From Mobula hypostoma (Eukaryota), in contig NC_086107.1 of assembly GCF_963921235.1 (NCBI RefSeq), forward strand, positions 99,450,001 through 99,510,000: a stretch of 60,000 nucleotides of DNA, in the 5' to 3' direction. The notes under the pieces are model-generated. The model saw only the letters and a list, made by a program, of their open reading frames with translations, did not search any database and was not told where the DNA came from. Each line of letters begins with the position of its first letter. The stretch's first letter is position 1. A program made the position numbers and the translations under genes. This document shows positions 50,198 through 60,000 of the stretch, in pieces.

Positions 50198-51176
50198 GTA
50201 GGCAGCAAGGCCAGAAGGTGGACAGGGCTATGGCCAATCAAATGAGGCTCAGAGAATGATGGGTAGAGCAGTGTGTCCAGTGGGGTATAAGCTGAATAAT
50301 GAAGCTGGGGCCAGAAAGGGGTGTGGCAAAGCTGGTGGGTGGGGCTAGGTTGCATTGGGGCGGGGGCAGAAGGTGATGGGCAGGGCCAGATAATGGGTGG
50401 CCTATGGTCATTGATGTGAGGACACAACATGATAAAGCATGGCAGTGACCAGTGGGGTGGGCTGAAAGATGATGATTAGGCTGTGTGGGCAATGGCTGTG
50501 GTCATTAAGAAATGGGTAGGATTGTGTGGCATTCTGGTTGCAGTGGCAATTGGTTGGGGGATCAAGAACGAAAAGGATATAGATTTAATCTGAGAGGGGA
50601 GAGATTTAGTAGAAACCTGAAGGACAGGTTTTTCACCCAGAGGGCAGTTGGTTTGTGGAAGTAACTGACAGAGGGAATGATTAACTACTTTTAAAAGGTT
50701 CATAGATAGTAAAGGTTTAGAGGGAATTGGGCCAAACATGGGCGAATGGAGCCAGCTTACATGGGAATGTTAGTCAGTGTGGCTACGCTACCATGCACGG
50801 ACCCCTCAGTTAATGGCATTAAAAAGGTTGGGAACCCCTGTTCTATGCTTTAATCTGTGAGACAGACATCACAATTTTCATATTCCCCCCAAATGCTTAT
50901 GAAGAGAACTAGCAAGATCATCTGTGCTGTCATGACTGAAATCTGTGCCTAGATTGATGCCGAGTGATCTGTCTGTTTTCTTTTTTGAAGGTCTGAGTGT
51001 AGTACTAGGTTCAGAGGGTATTGTCTGTTTGATTTTTGGCCAAATATTCAGCAGATTTCTTGAAACTAGTGAATCACATTGGTTTTTGAATCAATCCAGT
51101 AGTTTTATTTCTGGTCATATTGTTTATGTAAAAACAAATTTTCTTAAATGAATTTGAATCCCAGAATTGTCTTGTA

Positions 51177-51547
51177 GGGTGGCAGAGTGGAGATACATCT
51201 CTACCAAAGAAGGTATAAGGCGATCCTTCCCTCTGCTAGCCTGCAGATCACCCTTGGGCTAGAGGTAGCACCTGCTTAGCCCCCGATCAGGATCACCTGA
51301 AACCATGGAAGCAGGTGGTGGATGGTCGTATGAGCAGCTGCTGCACATCACAAGTCCTGGTTATGTGACCACTGAAGCCAGGCAGACAATCTCTGAAGGG
51401 TATTGATAATGGCTGGGGTCACCCATCTTGAGTAGGTACTGCCCAGAAGAAGGCAAGGCCAAACCACTTCTGTAGAAAAACTTGCCAAGGGCAATCATGG
51501 CCACAGATGATCACCCACGTCATCGGACATGGCACTTAATGATGATT
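51177..51547 (+). mobile_element. RTE-related non-autonomous element (copy downstream of the first DDX59 coding exon)
   Basis: Same head, body and tail as the 22957 copy. Confidence 0.75.
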
Positions 51548-51998
51548 CCTTAATTCTAATGGATGCTGTCCTTGACCTCTCCAGCAATGCAGTGTTTTAC
51601 CTTGAATCAATATTCCCTCTTCTAGCCTGAAAATCCAGGAGTATTTTGTACCTTACCCAAGTGTGATCTGCAGGCTTGCGGAGGGAAAGAGCACCATACA
51701 CCTCCTTTGGTAGAGATGTATCTTCACCCCACAACCCACGGGAAAAAAACATAAGATGCAATTATATGAATAAAGGGCGAAGACTTGCAACAAAATTATA
51801 GAGATGTGCAAAAGCCATAGAAATGGAAAATTTCAGCTTGGCCAATAATTTTTTTGTATTTCAGAAATAAACTTTATCATAATAAAAATGTGTTAAAAAG
51901 AAGACACAATTAATAGTCATTATCTTCAGTAATGTTAACATAATTTTTAAAACTAAAGCATCATTACCATATGTGGCCCTCTGGGGTGATACACACTT

Positions 51999-52624
51999 GA
52001 TATTTGATGTTGTGGTGCTCGCTGAGCTTGGCAATTAGCTTGTAGATGTTTCGTTACCAATGGAGGTGACATCCTCAGTGCACAGTTGGTGTTTCTCTCT
52101 GGGAGTGCTCACGTTTATATAGGCCCTTGTTCGCTTGCTTCAATCCTGATTGGCTACCCTTCAGTTGACCTTTGAATTCTATTTCATGTTTCCTTGACTT
52201 TTTGGGTTTCGTAAATGGCATCTATTTTGATATGTTTTATTACGGAGTTATCATAACAGAACTGCGCTTCTAAACATTCTTATGCCTGCGTCAGAACCTC
52301 CGCACACAAGAATATTTAAAAGTATGGTTCTCCTCTGATAACTAGGTAAACAAATATTTTGAAATAGACGTTATCTACGAACCCCAAAGAACTAAAGAAA
52401 CGTGAGCCAATAGAATTCAAAGGTCAACTGAAGGGTAGTCAATCAGGACCAAGGCAAGCGAACGGGGGACTATATAAACGCGAACGCTCCCAGAGAGAAA
52501 CAACAACTGCACACTGAGGACATCACCTCGACTGGTGATGAAACGTCTGCAAGCTAATTGCCAAGCTCGACAAACACCGCCACATCGAATGCCTCATCCT
52601 GAGCTACCAATATTTACCACCATC
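51999..52624. mobile_element. Fold-back (inverted-duplicated) Penelope-like element 3' end
   Basis: Left arm (about 52005-52285) is reverse-complementary to right arm (about 52300-52588). Both arms encode degraded Penelope C-terminal-like peptides (QEYLKVWFSSDN*VNKYFEIDVIYEP). 14-bp TSD GGTGATACACACTT at 51985-51998 and 52625-52638. Confidence 0.8.
52508..52551 (+). ncRNA. Minimal hammerhead-ribozyme motif (Penelope-associated)
   Basis: CTGAGGA-C-[ATCACC/TCGACT/GGTGAT]-GAAAC-GTC with short stem I. All core nucleotides present. Activity untested. Confidence 0.6.
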
Positions 52625-53457
52625 GGTGATACACACTTTTAGAGTTGAGGGGGTTCGCCACCAGACTCAACTCCTCTGTGTGCAGTAGCGTAAGGTGCCT
52701 GAACTGCGGAACTCCTTCACGGAGCCCTTGCATTGGTTGTAGCAAACTCAGTGTGTCCTTCAGCATGTACTCCTCCAGCCTGAAATGTGGCAGTCAGCAG
52801 CATTCCCTTATGTACACCTTGCTGTGCTGAACACTAAGTTTTGGGCAGACCAAAGAGTGGCTTTCATCAGGTCGATCTTCCAGCAGCACCTAATGGCTAT
52901 CTCAGTATGTGTCCCTGGGAACAACCTGTAGATTGGAGGGTCAAGTCCCTACAACTGAGTGGAGAGTGGATATAGCCAGTACAAAGAGGAGGAGGGGGGT
53001 ATGAGACAGGGGCTATAAGATTATTGGTTGACCATGGAGGGGTGAATGATGACAGACAGATGGAGCCTGGTTGAAGAGAGGGAGAAGTGGATTTGCAAGA
53101 GAGAGGCTGATGGGTGATAATGGAAGCAGATAAAGAAAGGAACTTCCAATGCAGTCAAGGGAATGTAGGGGGAACCATTAATGCAAGAAATTCTGCAGAT
53201 GCTGAACGTCCAAAGCAATGTACACAAAATGCAGGTCAGGCAGCATCCGTGGAAATGAAAAAGCAGTGGGCATTTTGGGCCAAGACCCTGCTTCAGGACA
53301 GCTGCTGGAGGGTGATGCAAGGACACAAAGGCACTGGTGTTGGGATCTGATACGGGGGGGGGGGGCAGGCGGGGTGAAATAGCAGACCAGACTGGAGGAC
53401 TGAGTAGTCTACTTCTGTTCCTTGTTTGTAAATGAGAATTATTTTCCTTCATTTCAG

Positions 53458-53637
53458 AAGAAAGATTCTCTGCAGCAGCCTGTGGGGTTGATATTGACTC
53501 CAACACGTGAGCTTGCCATTCAGATTGAGCGTCAGGCCAAGGAGCTGATGATGGGTCTCCCCAACATGAGGACAGCTCTGCTGGTTGGGGGGATGCCCCT
53601 CCCACCTCAGCTCCATCGGCTTCAACAAAACATTAAG
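53458..53637 (+). CDS. DDX59: DDX59 second coding exon (motif Ia, GG doublet)
   Basis: Encodes [60 protein letters not shown]. Acceptor TTTCAG|AAG, donor AAG|GTAAGG. 180 nt, phase 0 to 0. Confidence 0.95.
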
Positions 53638-55584
53638 GTAAGGTCTGCAGCAATGTGTGCTGTTCTGCACCTTGCCCTTTGATATTCACCTTCAGGGATT
53701 TCTTTTTAATCTTTATTGAATTCCTTTCAGTTTAAACCTTTGTTTTCTGTCACCTGATATTACGAAACACCATCACGCTCTCATGGCCAATCATCTTGGA
53801 AGAACATGAATAATGATTACGAGGTGTTATTTAACCACTTTAGGCCAATCCTCACGGATTTCACACACATACAGTTTCCAATTGTAGCTGTCAGATCAGG
53901 AATATAGGCTGATGTTATCTTCATCTTTTTCCGCTGTAAACTGCATCTTTTGCTGAGAACTGCCACTGCTCAGATTGGTTCTATCATCTGGGTGTAAGGG
54001 TCAGTTATACTCTGGCTTTTTCACCAGTGACATCCAAGCCATTTGACTGGAACTGAGCATCAGGCTTTGAGAAACATGCTTTAATGTCACTATTGATGGC
54101 CCAATGCAGGCTACACAACATTACACAGGGTTTCCATGGCTGAATCTATGCCTAAATTCAGACAATGATCCTCACTGAAGGGTTTCCCTTCTAAGCTGTA
54201 CAAAAAATGAAGGGGTTATCTTTTGAGTTAAAGAGATTACTGAATGGTCCCAGAATTCCCAATGCCACTAACCGGTGATTCCACTGCCAGCATCTTCCAC
54301 CACCAATCCATGCACCTATGTCACACCTTTGTTGCGGCAAAACCATCCCACGGTGCTTCTTTGGAGCATTACCTGGTACAATTCCAAGCAAAAAGCTGCA
54401 GATGTCTATAAATCTATAACGATGACAGGAAATGCTGAAAATATTTAGCAGGTCAGGCAGCATTATAGAGGGAGAGACAGGCAGCCTTAAAATGTTCTTT
54501 TGGAAAAAGGGTCAACACTGAAGTACTATATGGACAATTAATGGAAAGTTTTGTCCAGTTGGAAGGTTTTAAGTTGCTACCGTGAGGAGGAGAGGAAGGC
54601 AGAGAGGTCATGAGAGGGGATTCAGGTGTTCAGACAGCTGAAGGTGGAACCCAGTGGTGGAGTGATTAAAGTCAGGAATACAGTAAATCAGAAGAGCTGC
54701 CTGAGGGGATGGAAGGACTCGGCTCCGGTACTCTGCCAATCTTCGGTCACCCTGCACCACCTCTCCGATGCAGCCAGACCTCATCCAGAGAATTATCCCT
54801 GATCTTCAGCACTTCATCTGGGAGTACCAAGACTTGGGAGCCCTTTTCTGGATGCCCAGACATTGCCTCTGTGTCTGTGGAACCATTCATATTGAAAGCC
54901 ACTTATTTTGGGGTTATGTTTGGAATGGTAGAGTGGAATGATGGAGGAAATGCCTTTGGAAATGCTTGGGACTGATAACCCTGTCTCTCCCACTGCTCAC
55001 TACTTTAGCTGTTTACCACTCAGAGCCATGTTCCAGGAATTTTAACTAAGACTATTTGTCCCCAGCCAACCTGTACAACAGCCAGCCTTTTATTTTCACC
55101 ACCACTTCACCTCTCCCTTCCACTGTCTTATTTCATAGACTACTTATTCAGCATCCCTTCGGCGGGAGATCCAGGTGAATAGTTTGGGGTGATCACTCCT
55201 AACAGTAGGGTGATAGTGTTGGAGTCAGTATAACATGTTGGGAGCTCCTAGGTTCTGAAAATGTGAGCTGGGATTTATTTTATGTAGAGCCGCAGTGAGG
55301 AATGGGCCTTTCCCACCCTTCTGGCTACATTGCCAGCAACCCACCAATATAACTTTAACCTAATCATGGGACAATTTATAATGACCAATCTGGTAAGTTT
55401 TTGGACTGTGGGAGGAAACCCACACATTCCACAGGGAGGATGTTCAAACTCCTTACAGAGGACGCTGGAATTGAACTCTGAACTCTGACACCCCAAGCTG
55501 TAATAGCATTGTGCTGAACTGCTACACCACCATGGCGTGCTAGTAGAGGTTCCAGAAGCAGCAAGAAGCAAGCTCTTGCAAGTA

Positions 55585-58500
55585 CAATGGATTCTGGTTC
55601 AATGGGATATATTGGAACCGGTACAGTTTGGCCCAATTAACCACCTGCCGCCCCAATTAGCAAAAGTTTCATGGAAATAGTTTAAAAGGTGATTAAAAAG
55701 AAAGACAAACTATCATTTAACTGAGTAGCAATTTATATACTTAAATGAAATACAGAACAAATTAGAACACTACCTTTGCTACTACAGTACTATAGAACTG
55801 TGTATTAGTTCCTAATAGTTATTGACAGAGGAATTCATCCATTGTATCCTATCTTGTTCTTTCGATTGACTGCAAATGAACAGATGCCCAATGCAGATAA
55901 TGGACTGCTTTCATAAAATGCTTCGATGATTGCATCCTCCAAATCTTTATTTTCATTGTAGCATTCAAGCTACCTTCAAATTCTTCATGGTTCATAACTG
56001 CTAAAGTAGTGAAATAGTTTCATTTTTACTCCCGGCTGTTTCTGGCTTCTCCAAACCTTAATGCTTGAAACCGCACTTTCAGATTGGCAAGTATGACGTT
56101 GTGGCCATCTCTGAAACTTGGCTAAAGGATAGTTGCCGTTGGGAGCTGAACGTCCAAGGATATTCGGCGTATCGGAAAGATAGGTTAGTAGTCAGAGGGG
56201 GTGGTGTGGCCCTGTGTATAAGAAATAATATTAGATCATTAGAAAGGGATGACATAGGATCGGAAGGTGTAAAGTCTGTATGGGTTGAATTAAGAAGTGG
56301 CAAGGGAAAAAGGACCCTAATGGCAGTTGTATACAGGCCTCCAAACAGCAGCCGGGATGTGGATTACAAATTACAGCAGGAGATAGAAAACATATGTCAG
56401 AAGGGCAATGTCATGATAATCGTTGGGGATTTTAACATGGAAGTGGATTGGGAAAACCAGGCTAGTACTGGACCTTGAGAGAGAATTTGTAGAATGTCTA
56501 AGGGATGGCTTTTTAGAACAGCTTGTTGTTAAGCCCACTAGGGGATCAGCTGTGCTGGATTGGATGTTGTGCAATGAACCGGAGGTGATAAGAGAGCTTA
56601 AGGTTAAGGAACCTTTGGGGAACAGTGATCACAATACGATCGAGTGCACTTTGAAATTTGAGAAGGAGAAACTAAATTCCAATGTGTCAGCATTTCAGTG
56701 GAATAAAGGAAATTACAATGGCATGAGAGGGGAACTGGCCAAGGTTGACAGGAAAGGGACACTAGCAGGAAGGACAGCAGAGCAACAATGGCCGGAGTTT
56801 CTGCGAAAAATGAGGGAAGTGCAAGACATATGTGTTCCAAATAGGAAGAAATGTTCGAATGGAAGAAGGACACTACCGTGGCAGACGAGTGAAATCAGAG
56901 CCAAAGTAAAAGCAAAAGAGAGGACATACAAGGAAGCCAAAACTAGTGGGAAGATAGAGGATTGGGAGTGCTAAAAAACTTTCAGAATGAAACTAAGAAG
57001 GTCATTAGGAAGGAAAAGATGAATTATGAAAGGAAGTTGGCGACTAATATCAAAGAAGAAAGAAGATACTAAAAACTTTTTAAAGGGTAAAAGAGAGTTG
57101 CGGGTAGATAGAAGACCAATAGAAAATGATGCTGGAGATATTGTAATGAGAGACGCAGAGGAACTAAATGCTAAACTAAATCAGTCTTCACAGTGGAAGA
57201 CATCTGCAGCATACTGGACGTTCAAGAGTGTCAGGGAAGTGAAGTATGTGCAGTGAAAATTACAATTGAGAAGGTGCTCAGGAAGCTTAATGGTCTGAGG
57301 GTAGATAAATCTCCTGGACCTAATGGAATGCACCCTCGGGTTCTGAAAGAAGTAGCTGGAGAGATTGCGGAGGCATTAACAATGATCTTTCAAGAATCGA
57401 TAGATTCTGGCATTGTACTGAATGACTGAAAAATTACAAATGTTACTCCGCTATTTAAGATGGATGGGAGGCAGCAGAAAGGAAATTATAGACCTGTTAG
57501 CCTGACGTCAGTGGTTGGGAAATTGTTGGAATCGATTGTTAGGGATGAAATTACAGAGTACCTGGAGGCACATGACAAGACAGGCCAAAGCCAGCATGGT
57601 TTCCTGAAAGGAAAATCCTGCCTGACTAACCTACTGCAATTTTTTTGAGGAAATTACAAACAGGGTAGACAAAGGAGATGCAGTAGATGTGGTGTACTTG
57701 GATTTCCAGAAGGCCTTTGACAAGGTGCCACACATGAGGCTGCTTAACAAGATAAGAGCCCTTGGAATTACAGGGGAGTTACAAGCATGGGTGGAGCATT
57801 GGCTGATCGGCAGAAAGTGCAGTTGGAATAAAGGGAATCTATTCTGGCTGGCTGCCGGTTACCAGTGGCGTTCCACAGGGGTCGGTGTTGGGACTGCTGC
57901 ATTTTACAATGTATGTCAATGATTTGGACTGTGGGATTAATGGATTTGTGGCTAAATTTGCCGATGATACAAAGATAGGTGGAGGAGCGGTTAGTGTTGA
58001 GGAAACAGAGAGGCTTAGATAGTTTAGGGGAATGGGCAAAGAAATAGCAAATGAAATACAATGTATGGTCATGCACTTGGGTGGAAGAAATAAACAGGCA
58101 GACTATTGTTTAGACGGGGAGAGAATTCAAAATGCAGAGATGCAAAGGGACTTGGAAGTTCTTGTACAAGATACTCTAAAGGTTATCCTCCAGGTTGAGT
58201 CGGTGGTGAAGAAGGCGAATGCAATGTTGGCATTCATTTCTCGAGGTATGGATTATAAGAGCAGGGATGTGATGTTGAGGCTCTATAAGGCACTCGTGAG
58301 ACCACACTTGGAGTATTGTGAGCAGTTTTGGGGTCCTTATTTTAGAAAGGATGTACTGACTTTGGAGAGGGTTCAGAGAAGATTCATGAGAATGATTCCA
58401 GGAATAAAAGGGTTCCCATGTGAGGAACGTCTGGCAACTCCTGGGGTGTGTTCCCTGAAGTTCAGGAGAATGAGGGGGGATCTCACAGAAACATTCCGAA

Positions 58501-59179
58501 TGTTAATAGGCCTGAACAGATTAGATATGGCAAAGTTATTTCACATGGTAGGGGAGTCTAGGACAAGGGGGCATGACTTCAGGATTGAAGGACGTCCATT
58601 TAGAACAGAGATGTGGAGAAATTACTTTAGTCAGAGGGTAATAAATCTGTGGAATTTGTTGCCATGAGCATCGGTGGAGACCAAGTCATTGGGTGCATTT
58701 AAGACAGAGATAGATAGGTTCTTGATTAGCCCGGGCATCAAAAGGTATGGGAAGAAGGCAGGGGGAGTGGGGATGACTGGAAGAATTGGATCAGCCCATG
58801 ATTGAATGGCAAAGCAGACTTGGTGGGCCGAATGGCCTATTTCTGCTCGTATATCTTATGGTCTTAATTCCGTTCTGAATTGTCTTTGTTTATTTCTCAC
58901 CAACTATCTTTGACAAAAATCACTGCTTTTTGAACACAAACACATGCAACTGATGCTATTTAAAAACAGTGTGGTGTCTAATGGCCACACAGCTCTGCAC
59001 TACTAACACTAGTTAGAAACTGTTTGGCAATAGTCTCCTATCCCAATTAAGTGACATGGTGCCCCAAATAAACATAGGGAGTCCTAGCTATTTTCTCAAT
59101 TAGTTTTTGTTCTTTAGAAGTTGTACCAAATAAGCAGTTGCCCTGATTAACCGATGGCCCAGTTAACTGGAATCCACTG
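55585..59179. mobile_element. Non-autonomous Tc1/mariner-pogo-like DNA transposon split by the CR1 insertion
   Basis: TA-flanked imperfect terminal inverted repeats (TIRs): CAATGGATTCTGGTTCAATGGG (left) and CCCAGTTAACTGGAATCCACTG (right). Confidence 0.7.
56075..58866 (+). mobile_element. CR1-type LINE, 5'-truncated, degraded ORF2 (APE endonuclease and reverse transcriptase)
   Basis: ORF pieces YDVVAISETWL, VYRPPNS, VGDFN, SDHNTI, NYRPVSLTSVVGKLLE, YLDFQKAFDKVPH, LVRPHLEYC. Frameshifts and stops present. 3' tail ATCTTATGGTCTTA. Confidence 0.93.
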
Positions 59180-60000
59180 TATTTGCAAAGAAAAGTCACT
59201 CTATGTATATTAATATATTATTCTTGAAGCATTATCAGCTGAATGTAGTTGAGCCCCATAGCATTCCTATCAAAGATCAAGTGCCTAAGGAAGTGAGAGA
59301 ATACGTCATCTCAGAAAGTATGGGGAAAGGTTGTAAAAGGTGGTGTCCTGTGATAGTGCCGAAAATGTTCCTTAACTCAGTCCTCAAAGGGAATTAATTT
59401 TTGGGGTGTGTTTTCACTAATAGGATTATTGCCCTTGGTCTCTTTGATATAGTGTTGCTGTGATTTCTTTCCAAATTGCTGATAGCAGAGTGGTATGCTT
59501 CAGTAAGTTTATGGCCCATCTAAAATGTAGTAGAGAACCACTACATTGCTGTGGGTTTGGAGCCAGATCCTACCTAACATGCAAAATACAGCAGGTTTCT
59601 GGAGGGAACCAGTTGAGATTTAATGCCGATCTGAGAGTTTCATGGATATCAATATCAGACGGCCTGTTTTTGTAATTTACTGACTATTTTTAAACTGGAT
59701 CAGGTTAGAAGTTTGCAGAAGAAGCTTGGTGTTACAACCAGAGTAATTACATTAAAAGATAAGGATTAGCGTTATTTGTCATGTACATTGAGACACAGTG
59801 AAATGCATTGCTTGTGTGTTGGGGCAGCTTGCAAGTAGCTCCACGCTTCCAGCACCAACATAGCATGCCCGCAACTTACTAACCCTAACCTCTGTCTTTG
59901 GGATGTGGGAGAAACTGGAGCATCTGGAGGAAACCCAGGAGGTCATGGGGAGAATGTACAACTTCCTTACAGACAGTACAGTGGTGGAAATTGAACCCCA

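Larger units (their letters stand above)
51860..52935 (-). mobile_element. Tx1-like LINE 3' fragment (host of the Penelope fold-back)
   Basis: Minus-strand peptide IYRLFPGTHTEIAIRCCWK...LWSAQNL resembles a Tx1 ORF2 C-terminus; AATAAA-like tail near 51865. Confidence 0.6.

Noticed and set aside
53021..53605. 194-aa minus-strand ORF
   Set aside because: It is antisense to a DDX59 exon and runs into a Penelope-end repeat.
56065..58667. Intact autonomous retrotransposon
   Set aside because: ORF2 is broken by multiple stops and frameshifts, and ORF1 and the 5' UTR are missing.

Overview
This is vertebrate genomic DNA, most likely from a cartilaginous fish (ray or shark), inferred from the repeat landscape of V-SINEs, CR1, L2/Rex-Babar, Tx1, RTE-derived and Penelope elements. 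Two genes sit head-to-head. FAM234B is on the minus strand: 12 coding exons reconstructed by hand from 46649 down to 762, all GT-AG and phase-consistent, 1920 nt = 640 codons, stop-containing exon not located. DDX59 (zf-HIT DEAD-box helicase) is on the plus strand, with its first two coding exons at 49502-50197 and 53458-53637; the rest lies beyond the window. A short CpG-rich segment near 46650-46990 looks like a shared bidirectional promoter. The introns contain transposon relics with readable nesting and target-site duplications (TSDs) plus several minisatellites. The most notable non-coding signals are minimal hammerhead-ribozyme motifs carried by Penelope-derived elements (one copy with an intact catalytic core in a fold-back element in a DDX59 intron) and an inverted repeat pair bracketing the ATG-containing DDX59 exon. 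No prokaryotic-type system or CRISPR array is present. Exon coordinates were read at splice sites; repeat boundaries are approximate unless a TSD is given.
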